The notes beneath the pieces were generated by a model that was not told the origin of the DNA, ran no database searches, and saw only the letters and a list, made by a program, of their open reading frames with translations. A DNA stretch of 64,000 nucleotides from an uncultured Verrucomicrobiae bacterium (lineage in GTDB: Bacteria; Verrucomicrobiota; Verrucomicrobiia; Chthoniobacterales; UBA10450), in the NCBI GenBank assembly GCA_963815455.1, contig CAWFGO010000002.1, forward strand, positions 640,001-704,000, written 5' to 3'. Made by a program: the position numbers and the translations under genes. Below are positions 1-10,171 of the stretch, in pieces (the stretch's first letter is position 1; the number at the start of each line of letters is the position of its first letter).

Positions 1-584
1 GAGGTGACACCGCGTTTGATTCCGGTGGTGACGATACCGGTTCCAAGCGGTTTGGTCAGAACCAGCAAATCGCCTCGTCGCGCGTTGGCATTGGTCAACA
101 TTTTGCGAAGATCGACAATTCCAGTGACGGCGAGGCCATAGATCGGTTCCGGGTTTCTGATGGAATGTCCGCCGATAATCGCGCAGCCGGCTTCGGCCGC
201 TTTTTTCAAGCCGCCGCGCAAGATCGAGACAATTGTCTTCTGCGAGACCAGATTGGCTGGGAATCCCATAATGTTGAGCGCGGTGACGGGGCGCCCACCC
301 ATTGCGAAAACGTCCGAGAGCGCATTGGCGGCGGCGATCTGTCCGTAAGCAAACGGGTCGTCCACTATCGGCGTAAAAAAATCCACGGTCTGCACGAGTG
401 CGCGGTGTCGATCCAGACGATAAACGCCGGCATCGTCGGCCGTATTCGAATTCACGACGACGTTCCGGTTGGCGGGAAGCGGTAGCTGACGCAAAACTTG
501 CATCAGGGCCGGTTGGCTCAGCTTGGAAGCTCACCCGGCGCAGGATGAAAGCGCAGTGAGTTTACGGATTTGTTCGCGCGACAT
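1..584 (-). CDS. selD: Selenide, water dikinase (selenophosphate synthetase), selenocysteine-containing; 3' end outside window
   Basis: Manual translation: ATG at 584, MSREQIRKLTALSSCAG-UGA(533-531)-ASKLSQPALMQVL...GDLLVLTKPLGTGIVTTGIKRG; SD AAAGGAGGTG at 600-591. Absent from the ORF track because of the in-frame TGA and window truncation. Confidence 0.95.
489..509 (-). promoter_or_regulatory. Candidate bacterial SECIS hairpin of selD
   Basis: CTGATGCAA-GTT-TTGCGTCAG stem-loop; loop G about 33 nt 3' of the UGA. Confidence 0.65.
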
Positions 585-620
585 CGCGTTCACCTCCTTT
601 CAATTGCTCGAGGCGTTTCC

Positions 621-651
621 GCGGGATCCTTCGACTTCGCTCAGGATGACA
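621..651 (-). repeat. TGTC/CGTC-type REP element (single)
   Basis: TGTCATCCTGAGCGAAGTCGAAGGATCCCGC; related copies at 18065 and 26056. Confidence 0.8.
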
Positions 652-661
652 AAGCATTTCG

Positions 662-758
662 CGGAGAGGATAGGAATCGAACCTACCTCGCTCTCGCCGT
701 GGCGGGATCGACAACGGTTTTGAAGACCGCGAGGGCCACCAGGCACCCCTCACTCTCC
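662..758 (-). tRNA. selC: tRNA-Sec (anticodon UCA)
   Basis: Cloverleaf with TGGT D-loop, GCGGT-CTTCAAA-ACCGT anticodon arm, long variable arm, GTAGG-TTCGATT-CCTAT T arm, G discriminator; full CCA not encoded; adjacent to selD. Confidence 0.95.
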
Positions 759-769
759 CGAGAAAAGAA

Positions 770-810
770 AACGTCCAAACCTCAACGTCCAACGCCCAAC
801 GCCCAATCCC
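770..810. repeat. Heptamer tandem repeat (AACGTCC/AACGCCC)
   Basis: About 5-6 degenerate 7-nt units between the SelW-like gene and selC. Confidence 0.75.
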
Positions 811-826
811 AGAGAAAGCAAAACGA

Positions 827-1063
827 TTACTTAAGCTTTTTAATCGCGCTGACGACCTGATCGAAATCGGGCCAGTCGCCGGAATCGAGTTTGGAATGGA
901 GGAGCTTGCCATTGGCGCGGACTTCAAAGGCGCCGCCGCTCGAGGGAATAAGCGTAAGCGATTTGATGCGCTCGCCGAGTTCGAGAATTTGGGTCGCCAA
1001 ACTGACGGCCTTCGGCGTGTAGTTTCAAACCACGCAGTATTCGATCGATACTTCGGTTTTCAC
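827..1063 (-). CDS. SelW/SelT/SelH (Rdx family) selenoprotein, 78 aa, CxxU motif
   Basis: GTG at 1063 after AAAGGAG; MKTEVSIEYCVV-UGA(1027-1025)-NYTPKAVSLATQILELGERIKSLTLIPSSGGAFEVRANGKLLHSKLDSGDWPDFDQVVSAIKKLK*; Rdx hallmarks IEYCxxU, GxFEV, HSK. Confidence 0.93.
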
Positions 1064-1138
1064 ATTGGGCTCCTTTCCGGAGCAAACGGTATCGATGCGA
1101 CCAAAAGCGGTCAAGAAATGTAACTGCGTTTGTCGATC

Positions 1139-1912
1139 CTAGAAGGCAAAGTTAATGCCGCTGCGAAAACCTCCGAAGTTGTTTTGGTTTCCGTCGACGA
1201 CGTTCCAACTGTAATCGGTCATCCAGCTAATGTGTGGAGTGATCCGAACTTCAAGGCCGCCGCCGAATTGACCGACGGCTTCGGTGTGCTCGCCCCGGTG
1301 TTTAGTGTGAAAGACATCCCCCTTTTGATCAGGCACATCCTGCGGCTCGACTTCGAACCCGATTTTGTCCTGTTCGCCGCCACCGAAAATTGCGCCACCG
1401 CCGGCCCAAACATATGGGGCAAACCGGGTACAGGGAACCGGATAACGAAGTGTCAATGTGCCGAGGACTTCGCCGATGGCGCGGTGACGAGTAAATCGCT
1501 CGTGAATGAAAATGTCCTCGCCATCTGATTCGAGGTTGAAGGCTCCTTTTCGCGCACTGAGGACAAATCCCTCGACCCCAATCCCGAAGTAACGATGGAA
1601 AAAGTATTTGATGTCCGCTCCTCCGCCCCAGGCGTGGTCGTCGCCGATGTACTTGTCGAATACTCCGTAAACGGGATGACCCTCGGAGGCACTCTCAACA
1701 ATATCACCGAGGTCGGGATTGGGGGCGTATTCAGTGCCGGTGAAGACGTAGGTGCCCCACAAGCTGACGTTCCATTCGTTATCGGCATACCATTGCGGAC
1801 AGGGCGAAGGCACTATCTGCTTCATTTCCTTTCCCGAATACGAACCGGCCAGAGCGAGACTGGCGGGAAATGAGAAAATTGTCAGAGCCAAAATCAGTCG
1901 TTTCATAATCAA
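1139..1912 (-). CDS. Exported outer-membrane beta-barrel protein
   Basis: Signal peptide, amphipathic strands, C-terminal GINFAF. Confidence 0.7.
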   Translation of the reverse strand: MIMKRLILALTIFSFPASLALAGSYSGKEMKQIVPSPCPQWYADNEWNVSLWGTYVFTGTEYAPNPDLGDIVESASEGHPVYGVFDKYIGDDHAWGGGADIKYFFHRYFGIGVEGFVLSARKGAFNLESDGEDIFIHERFTRHRAIGEVLGTLTLRYPVPCTRFAPYVWAGGGAIFGGGEQDKIGFEVEPQDVPDQKGDVFHTKHRGEHTEAVGQFGGGLEVRITPHISWMTDYSWNVVDGNQNNFGGFRSGINFAF

Positions 1913-1930
1913 AAAGATTGTGTTCGTCGG

Positions 1931-2870
1931 TTAACGGTTGCGGGTGGAAACAGGCGCCTCGACTTCCTGCTCGCCGCCGGGGCCAAGCAGCCACGAGAAA
2001 ACGGCAAAGACTTGCACGCGCGGAGAATCATCCGTGCACCCGATCAAGGTCGAGACATCGAAGCGCGTGTTCTTTGTCGTGCGAAACGCGACCGTGGGTC
2101 CGATGACAAAAGTGTGCATCGGATCTCCGCGGGTGTCTTTAACAGTGAAATTTTTGTACTCCATCTCGACACCGACTTTTAGTTGCTCGCGCGGAAGCGC
2201 CACTGGTGTGACGACGCTTTGAGCGAATCCCCATTCGCGACCGCGGTCACCGGTATTTTCTTTTTCAAAAAATCCGTTCAAGGCCCATTCAAAGCGATGA
2301 CAGAATTCATCGGATAAGAGCAGCCGCAGTTCGTAGGCATCCGGAACCTTGGGCGGACCGCTTTCTTCTTCCTCTTTTTCGCCGGCGGGCGGAGGCGGAC
2401 CTTCCTCGTGCCGAATTGTTCCGACACCGAACTTGTATTCGGCAAAGATGGTCGGATTGAGCGGAATCTTGCCCCAATTAGCGAACGCATAGCGGCCTTC
2501 GAGACTCACCGTGGAAGGGCCACCGCCGCCATTGAATCGCTCGAAGTTCGCCTCGGCCGCAACGCCAAACCGGTAGGGCAAGCCCATTTCGGCTTCCTGA
2601 GTGAAAAGATGATCGGGCGGACCGTGCCGCAACGCGTCGCCTTCGTAAATCTCGCCAAAATAAAAGGTCCATGGCGGCAATACATACGCCGTCGTAAGCG
2701 GGGCAAAGCGGGTGCGCGAAAATCCACCCGGCGCACCGTAAGCACTTCCAATATCGTCCCCCGTTACGACGACATCTTCGACGGCCGTCTGTGCGCGGCA
2801 AAGCGTGCGGGACCACCAGGAGCGAAAGGAAAGCGAAGGCTGCGACTGGTAAAAACCGCGGTCTGGTCAT
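1931..2870 (-). CDS. Exported hypothetical protein, probable beta-barrel (frameshifted)
   Basis: ATG 2870 with GAGGAG SD and signal peptide MTRPRFLPVAAFAFLSLL; continues into ORF 1931..2680 after frameshift(s). Confidence 0.6.
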
Positions 2871-2909
2871 AAAAATCTCCTCGAGCGTTGGCAAACGAAA
2901 CCCGCGAAT

Positions 2910-2927
2910 CATTACAGATGTGTAATG
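2910..2927. promoter_or_regulatory. CusR/HprR-like operator box
   Basis: CATTACA-GATG-TGTAATG inverted repeat, 40 nt upstream of ATG 2870. Confidence 0.75.
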
Positions 2928-3134
2928 TTTGGGCAAGCCCTTTTCACTGGACAATCCCGCCCTATTTTTGAAGCCTTGCGCATAATAGAAATGGGAACGG
3001 CGGCTGCCCGCTTCGACTTCCTCAGCTGCGACAATCCGCCAAGATCGCGAAAGCTGCGGGATTGAAGGGTCAGCCGCCGTTTTTTGGCACCACCCATGAA
3101 GGGCGCCTCTGAAATCATTTCATTTTTAGTCTCC

Positions 3135-5590
3135 TTAAAATTCTACCGAGATGCCCGCATAACCGGTGCGACGCGGCGCAGGCTCGATGCCGTTGCCAAA
3201 GATGCGATTGTAATATTTTAGATCGGCTAGATTAGAGATGCCCCCGATCAAACGGACATTCTTCGTGATGTACCAGAAACCGGAGAGATTGAAGACCTTA
3301 TAAGGCGGGACCTTCGGCGGAATGTTGGTTCGTATTGTCGTCTGACTAAAAGCAGATCGAGCACCGACATTTGTATCCGACCAGAATTGCGAAGAAACAT
3401 ACACTGCCGAGAAAGTCAGATTGAAACACTTTTCCTTTTGGAAGGAGATTCCGCCCTTCCATAAAAACTCCGGCGCGAAGTTCGGCGTGTTGCCGACAAT
3501 CGTTTTGCCATGTGGCGGCGGCAGGAGATTTGCCTGAGGCTGGGGCAGGTCGCTTTCGATAAATTCGGCATCGAGATACTGGGCGTTACTGAAAACGATC
3601 AGCTTAAACGGATGATAATCCGCCAGGGAGACGCCGGGAACAGCCGTGGATTTTGAATCGACAACGCCCTTGCCGGGCTCCGGCAACGGTTCGGGCACGG
3701 GCGGGTGTTGAAAGCGGGACAGAAAATCGTAGGAGATTTCGCCTTCGAAACCGCGGTGACGCGAACTGCCCGAGTTCAGGATGATGAAATCAGTGTTGCT
3801 AATGTTGAAGCTCTCGGTGCGATTATCGAATAACATCCAGAACGCGCCCACATCGTACCAAAAACCCTTAAATGGAGTGCCGTGGACGCCGAGTTCGAAA
3901 TCGAGAGAATGAAATGGATCAGGAATGTCCTCACCGGGCGCGATGGTTCGAGTCGTTCCGGCGATATCGAAGAATCGTGTCGGTCGCCAACCGGTTGTGG
4001 CACTGAAGTAGGTTTCATTCCTGTCCCCGAAATCATTGCCCAAGCCAACTCCCCAGAGCGGAACCCAGTGATCGGCACTGATGTGATCGGGACTGATCAA
4101 GGGGGAGCCGGGAGCAAGCGGAGGACTCAGCCACGGCGCGTGGGCCGAATCGACTTCCACGGTTTCGTGATCCAACCGGAAGGAAGCAACCAGGTGAAAT
4201 TTTCCGAGCCGGACAAGGTCCTCAAAGAAAAGCGCCTGGTAATCGGCAGTGCGATCCTGGTCGAGAGTCGGTCCGATGTCCGTGTCAACCCCAGCGATCC
4301 GCAGGATGGTATTGGCTGAGGATCCGCGGGGCGCGTAGAGAAAACCCGGGCCAAAATTGGCGATGGTCAGACCATTTGAGGTGTTGATGTTCGTCGCTTG
4401 GAGGGTATAACGTTGGAACGGCGCTTCGCCGTGGTAAACGAGTCCGCCAAACGTCAGAGCGTACTGCCCTTAAACATGGTGCCATCGCCCCAGTCTTTGC
4501 GGACGCGAATATCCGCGCCACCGTTATAGAACGTCTCATATCCGAAAGTTGTGCTTGTCGGAAATCCGCCGAGCCTGGTGATGTTCCCGCCGGCGCGGGC
4601 GTCTAGCTCCTGATGGGTAAACCAGCCCTTTGCTTGTAACAGCCAGCCGTCACCAAATGTATGTTCGTGACGTAGCACCGCGGTGTAACGATCCACCCAA
4701 TCCTCGATTGTACGGCGTGAGCGTTTGATTTTGGTCGGACTGAAACCGATAACGACTTGGAAGGCGTCCCGGAGTCGCCGCCTTCAAATCGACTGGCATA
4801 AAAATCAAGCGCCCACAGTTGATTCTCATCCGGCCGGTAACCGAGGTAACCATCCGCCTGCCACAAATCGTACCAGCTATTATCGCGCTGGCCGTCGGAA
4901 TGGACGTAGCCCGAAGCAACCGCAGCTCGACCGGGCCGGAGGCATCCTGGACGGAGCCATAGGTCGAATAGAATCCGTAGGCGCCGCCTAGAGCTTCCAG
5001 ATATGTGCTCCATGGCGTGCCAGGATGCGGGATGTTTCGTTACGAAATTAATTGCCGGGGCCGGCTCAGGACCGTAAAGCAAACTGCTCCCGCCGCGGAT
5101 CACTTGAACTTCGCTGACACTCTGCGGCAGCGGAAGATAGTAAAGCGTCGGGAACCCGATCCAATCGCTCATCAGCGGAACACCGTCCCGCATCACAAGG
5201 GTGTATTCGGATTCCTGCGGATTGCCCAAACCCCGATAACTGAAATTGAATTGCCCCGGCGTGTGCTGTTGCTCGGAAATCAGCAACCCCGGCGCTTTGG
5301 TGAAAAGCTCCTGGAGATTGTTATTTTCGACTGGCGGCTGTTGATCGAGTTTGATGACCGTTGCCTTTTTCGTGACGGTGATCTGCGTACCCGAGACTTC
5401 CGGCATCAGGTGATCGCGCTTTATCTTCCAATTGTCGTACGGTGTCGGGGTAGGCAACGGTTCTCCCGTCACTGTCACTCCTTCGGTTTGCATTGTTTGC
5501 CCGTGAATCAGCTGCTGGTTGCAAAGCAAACAACGAAGCCGGAGCAAGAATCGGAGGAGCGATTCGAAGCGTTAGAAAACCCAGAGACAA
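3135..5590 (-). CDS. TonB-dependent receptor, FecA-like (several frameshifts; start uncertain)
   Basis: Plug motifs (RDGVP, VQVIRGGSSLLYGP), barrel strands, ISNLADLKYY and terminal GISVEF; split over ORFs 4603..5547, 4454..4696, 3135..4175. Confidence 0.88.
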
Positions 5591-5623
5591 ACGAAATTTT
5601 TGTCGAGAAATGAAGAAATCATT

Positions 5624-7100
5624 TCAGAACATTACAGTATTGTAATGTTTCGACTGCAAGCTCTTTTTTGCCGACTTTAAACGGCTGCCTGGATTCCGCG
5701 ATCCGGCCGTGCCCGGGAAAATGAGAGTAATGGACGTGCCACGACCGATCTGACTCTCGATCCTGGTCGAGCCGCCGTGAAGATCGACAATCGATTTTAC
5801 CAGGGCCAGCCCCAGCCCGGCGCCGTGGGAACTCCGCGACGAATCGGCCCGGTAAAACCGATCAAACACTCGCGGCAAATGTTCCGGCGCAATCCCGGCG
5901 CCATTATCGGTGACCGTGACTTCGGAACGCGCCGCGCCGACCGCGAATGCTATTTGGATTGCGCCGCCATCAGGCGTGAAACGCAATGCGTTATCGACCA
6001 GATTACTGACGGCGCGCTCAAATAAAACCGGATCGGCATAGAGCTCGCCGTCGCCGGTGCAATTGATGGTGACATGTCGATCCTCGGCCACGGTTCGATA
6101 AAACGTTGCAATTTTTTCCGCCGCAACCCGGCCATCGAACAATTTCCGCTCAATCGGTTCGCGCGCCGCGTCGGCCCGGGCAACAAAAAGCAAATTATCG
6201 ACGATCCCGGAGAGCCGCTCGCATTCGGCAATCGCAGATTCAAGGGTTTCGCGATATTGCTCCGGCGCACGGTCGCGGGTTAATGTGACCTGCGCCTCAC
6301 CCAGAATGTTGGCGATCGGCGTGCGTAGTTCATGGGCAAGATCGGCGGAAAATTGGGAAAGCCGGGTAAATGAATCCTCCGAGCGGGCGAGCATCGCATC
6401 GAAAGCGATCGCGAGAGGCTGGAGTCTCGCGCGGCCAACCGGCCGGAGCGATCCGCTCGTTCAGATGGGTCGGGCTGGTTCGCTCAACTGACCGGATCCA
6501 TTTCTCCAAGCGGCCGCAAACTGCGCCTGGTCACGGTGATGGCGATCGCAGTCGAGGCCAGAACGCTGCCAGCCAGAACGAGGAGGAGCAAAGTACCGAA
6601 TTTTCTCTCGACTTGTTCGTCGCTGGTCCGGTCTTGTGCGACCTGAATTGTGTAGGATTGGCCACCGGACTCCTCGCGAATCGTAACGAGCGAAAACAGT
6701 TTGTTGTCTCCTTGGAAATCCTGCGGGCTTTGAATGGACGTTGTCGATGCTTGCGGCGGCGGAAAAATATCTGGTGGCAACGACGCGATTCATTCCGGGG
6801 GTCTCGCATTAACGTGCGACCTTCCGCATCCAGGATCCGGATCCAATAAGGCGCATGCTCGCCGGCATGATGGCCTTTCAATTCCGCGCCGAAAATTTGC
6901 GGCCCGCCCCCAGTTTTGAAGTCGGCGCTCAAAGCTGAGATCTTATCGGCCAGGACGGCATTATCCTCGGCGAATGCGTGTCGAACCACGATCCAGTAAA
7001 AGACGCCGAGGCCGCAGGAAAGGAGCAGCGTCGCGGCCAGCGTAAAGAACAGCACGAGCTGCGACGCGATTGAGCGCGGGCTAGTGCGCTTTGAGAACAT
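5624..7100 (-). CDS. Heavy-metal-type sensor histidine kinase, CusS-like (frameshifted)
   Basis: Two TM segments, HAMP, FSADLAHELRTP H-box, NLVDNA, DNGAGI, GAGLGL. Confidence 0.9.
5630..5647. promoter_or_regulatory. CusR/HprR-like operator box
   Basis: CATTACA-GTAT-TGTAATG upstream of the TonB receptor; arms identical to the box at 2910. Confidence 0.75.
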
Positions 7101-7752
7101 AACCTATGCCGCGGATAGTATGGATAAGTTTGGTCTTGAACGGATCGTCCACCTTCGCCCGCAGCCGGCGAACCACGACATCGACAACATTGGTATCGGT
7201 CTTAAATCCGATTTCCCAAACCTGCTCGGCAATGTCCGCTCGCGAGACCACTTCGCCGGCCAAACGGACAAGATGCGCAAGCAGAAGAAATTCCTTGGGA
7301 GTGAGATTAAGTGGAACGCCGGAGCGAACCGCCTTGTGCCGCTGAGTATCGATCTCCAAGTCGCCTATTCGCAGATGTTCTTCCGGGTGCGCCGGCGCGC
7401 GGCGCAGCAGCGAGTGGACCCGGGCGAGCAATTCCGAAAAGGCGAACGGCTTTACCAGATAATCGTCCGCGCCGAGTTCGAGTCCTTTCACCCGGTCGCG
7501 CACACTATCGCGCGCGGTGAGAAAAAGAATGGGCGTGCGGAGCCCGTCGCGGCGCAGCTCGGCTACCACTTCCCAGCCATCTTTGTTGGGCAGCATGACA
7601 TCGACAATGAGCAGATCGAACTTGGTCGCGCGGGCCATTTCCAAACCAGTCTCGCCGTCCTGGGCAAGATCGACATCGAATTCGGCTTCACGAAGGCCCT
7701 TGGCCAGAAAAGCGGCTGTTTTCTTTTCGTCTTCGATTACCAGGATTCGCAT
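7081..7752 (-). CDS. OmpR-family response regulator, CusR-like
   Basis: REC (ED, DVMLP, GADDYLVKPF) plus wHTH (TNVVDVVVRRLRAKVD, IHTIRGIGY). Confidence 0.93.
   Translation of the reverse strand: MRILVIEDEKKTAAFLAKGLREAEFDVDLAQDGETGLEMARATKFDLLIVDVMLPNKDGWEVVAELRRDGLRTPILFLTARDSVRDRVKGLELGADDYLVKPFAFSELLARVHSLLRRAPAHPEEHLRIGDLEIDTQRHKAVRSGVPLNLTPKEFLLLAHLVRLAGEVVSRADIAEQVWEIGFKTDTNVVDVVVRRLRAKVDDPFKTKLIHTIRGIGYVLKAH
7612..7752 (-). repeat. Direct repeat copy A (first 47 codons of the regulator)
   Basis: 141 nt; 9 mismatches to 11348..11488 by manual alignment. Confidence 0.92.
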
Positions 7753-7840
7753 TGTCCGACCTTATTATGCCATCGGTGCTTCGTGAAACGCAAAAAGGCC
7801 GGTTTTTGTAAAGCGACCTTTCTGAAGCGTTCCTGGAATC

Positions 7841-10159
7841 TTATTGTTTCGACCTTCCCGGGCTGTTCGCTGCCGGCAAAGCCGTTCCGGACTTGGACTT
7901 GATCAACGCGATGTCCGAAGCGTTGATCGAACCATCTACGGTAACATCCGCCCGGAAATTAGTCCCGGTCACCGGAGTGCCTGATTGTGACTTACCCTGA
8001 CTAACGTCGGAGGAATTGACGACGCCGTTGGCCGTGGTGTCGCCGATGACAATGCTCATCGGGATCGCGAAATTAGTCGAACCATTCACGCCATTGAGCG
8101 TGATCTGAATGGTCTGGGCATTTGCTACATTTGTTAGCGGGATCGTCACAACGTTTCCGGCAATCGTGACCGTTCCGCCATCGCTGACGCCGCCGGTTCC
8201 GATTGAGCCGATGCCCGAAGTCACTGCGGCTTGCGGATTTCCGTTAACCGATACGTTGGCCATGAAAGTCAGGACGATTGTGTAATCACCGGTAGCGCCA
8301 CCGCTACGGCATTCTACTCCTGGTGTCCCACTCAACGGCAGGTTGATGTCGAAACTGCCCGCGCTCGCGTGCGTTTTTCGAGACACGACGCTCTGCGCAA
8401 TCGGCGTTGACGGTTGCGCACAGTAGTGTCCCCCGGTGTTCATTTCACCGCTGTCCGTTACGCCGCCCCAAACGATCATCTCAATGCCAGTCCAGATTGC
8501 TGTGGGAATGTTTCGGCCGCCAGGGGCGTTCACCGTCGTAGTTGGTATCCAACTGTCGCTGTCAGGACGGTATCGCCCACCGGTGTTGAAAAAATTGGTG
8601 GTGTCCTCGCCTCCCCAGATAATCATCTCGCTTCCAGACCATGCCGACACGTGACCGCTCCGCGGGGAGGGCGCGTTGTTTAGACTGGTAGCGGCCCAGC
8701 TGTCATTGACGGGGCTATATCTGCCCCCGGTGTTCGTGTCATTAAAGTTCTCGTCTACTCCACCCCAGACAAACATTTCATTCCCCGTCCACACCGCGCC
8801 GTGACCGACCCGTCCGAGCGGTGCGTTCGCCAGCGCCGTGGGTGTCCAGCTGTCGTTAGTGGGATTGTATCTGCCTCCGGTACACAAAAGATTCATTTGG
8901 TCGCTCCCACTCCAAACAATCATCTCTCCCCGGTCCCACACCGCACTGTGGCGGAAGCGTGCGACAGGTGCGTTGTTGATACTCGTGGGCGTCCAACTGT
9001 CGGTACCGGGATTGTATCGCCCGCCAGTGTTTAGCCTGCAGTTACCGTTGCACCCCAATCCACCCCATATGATCATCTGGCTTCCAGTCCAAACCGCAGT
9101 GTGATACTCCCGCGCCGCAGGGGCGTTGACCGCGCTGGTAGGGATCCAAGTGTCATTAGCTGGGTTGTATCTGCCACCCGTGTTTAACAACATGTTGTGG
9201 CTAAATCCCCCCCAAACAATCATTTCACTACCATTCCACGCCGCGCTTTGATTCGATCGGTCGCTGGGCACGTTAGTAAGACTCGTCGGTGTCCAGCTAT
9301 CCGTGCTCGGATAGTATCTGGCGCCGGTGTTCAAAGTCACGGGATTCGAAGAAAAATTCCACCCTCCCCATATGATCATTTCGGTTCCGGTCCATACAGC
9401 TGTGTGAAATTGTCTTGCTTCCGGCGCATTCATTGTAGAAGTAGCAGTCCAAATATCGTCGCAGTCGGGCGGAGTTGCGATTTCCGGTAGCCTATAGGCG
9501 GCAACGCCCAAATTTGTCGCTGAGGGAATGCGGTTCTCTGTGGACGCAGCTGTGCCGGCTGCAAACAGTTTCTTCGACGCAGGCCACACGCCTGCCGCTA
9601 CAGGATTGCTATCATTTGTCAGATCGGCGACCAACCGCTCCGCCAAGATCGGCATGGCCAGGCATTCCGCAATCACGAAGGGATCGTTACCGAACGCCGC
9701 AAAGAGTTCGCGCAAGACTTCGGGCTGCCTCGTGTGAGTCGCGATTCGATCCATCTCGGCTTGAAGCTCGCCTGCAGTAATTGGCTGTCCTCGTTGATCT
9801 GCGACCTGCTGTGATTTTCTAAGATAGTCCTCAACTTTTTTTTCGATTTCGCGTCGGGACACAACTGCGTCCAATGAAGGCTTTGCCACTGCATTCTCCT
9901 CTGGCCAAATCCGGTGCCGCCAACACACTTCTTCGATCGCATATTGGTAGGCCACTCGCTCGGCAAGAGTCAGCGCCGTATCGAACCTCTCTGCGGTTTG
10001 GCTGCGTGAGACAGCGTCTAGCGTTCCTAGTCCGGCGAGGTAACCGATGCCCACGACCAGACGAAAAAGAGTCACAACGCGCCTAGCGGAATAGGGGCGC
10101 TGTGAGCTGTTTGGAAATCTCCTCATCGCTTGTACCACTAAAGCGAGTTTTACCCTCAA
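7841..10159 (-). CDS. Kelch-like beta-propeller protein with C-terminal Ig-like plus dockerin-like module
   Basis: Seven repeats of R.xHxAVWTGxEMIxWGG...NTGGRYNP; twin GDxxxNGxVNxSD / ADVxxDGxINxSD loops. Confidence 0.8.
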   Translation of the reverse strand: MRVKLALVVQAMRRFPNSSQRPYSARRVVTLFRLVVGIGYLAGLGTLDAVSRSQTAERFDTALTLAERVAYQYAIEEVCWRHRIWPEENAVAKPSLDAVVSRREIEKKVEDYLRKSQQVADQRGQPITAGELQAEMDRIATHTRQPEVLRELFAAFGNDPFVIAECLAMPILAERLVADLTNDSNPVAAGVWPASKKLFAAGTAASTENRIPSATNLGVAAYRLPEIATPPDCDDIWTATSTMNAPEARQFHTAVWTGTEMIIWGGWNFSSNPVTLNTGARYYPSTDSWTPTSLTNVPSDRSNQSAAWNGSEMIVWGGFSHNMLLNTGGRYNPANDTWIPTSAVNAPAAREYHTAVWTGSQMIIWGGLGCNGNCRLNTGGRYNPGTDSWTPTSINNAPVARFRHSAVWDRGEMIVWSGSDQMNLLCTGGRYNPTNDSWTPTALANAPLGRVGHGAVWTGNEMFVWGGVDENFNDTNTGGRYSPVNDSWAATSLNNAPSPRSGHVSAWSGSEMIIWGGEDTTNFFNTGGRYRPDSDSWIPTTTVNAPGGRNIPTAIWTGIEMIVWGGVTDSGEMNTGGHYCAQPSTPIAQSVVSRKTHASAGSFDINLPLSGTPGVECRSGGATGDYTIVLTFMANVSVNGNPQAAVTSGIGSIGTGGVSDGGTVTIAGNVVTIPLTNVANAQTIQITLNGVNGSTNFAIPMSIVIGDTTANGVVNSSDVSQGKSQSGTPVTGTNFRADVTVDGSINASDIALIKSKSGTALPAANSPGRSKQ
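9538..9603. repeat. GTGG/GTAG REP doublet translated inside the Kelch protein
   Basis: CTGTGGACGCAGCTGTGCCGGCTGC...GCAGGCCACACGCCTGCCGCTACAG; peptide PVAAGVWPASKKLFAAGTAASTE. Confidence 0.75.
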
Positions 10160-10171
10160 TTCATCCCGACG

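Noticed and set aside
1108..1126. Possible third regulator box upstream of the SelW-like gene (GTTACA-N4-TTGACC)
   Set aside because: Only a partial half-site; more simply a -35 element.
4454..4456. TGA within the TonB receptor as another Sec codon
   Set aside because: Homologous-looking sequence resumes in a different frame, so this is an indel rather than read-through.
8400..9450. Regular ~147-nt periodicity resembling an array
   Set aside because: These are degenerate protein-coding Kelch-like repeats, not CRISPR.
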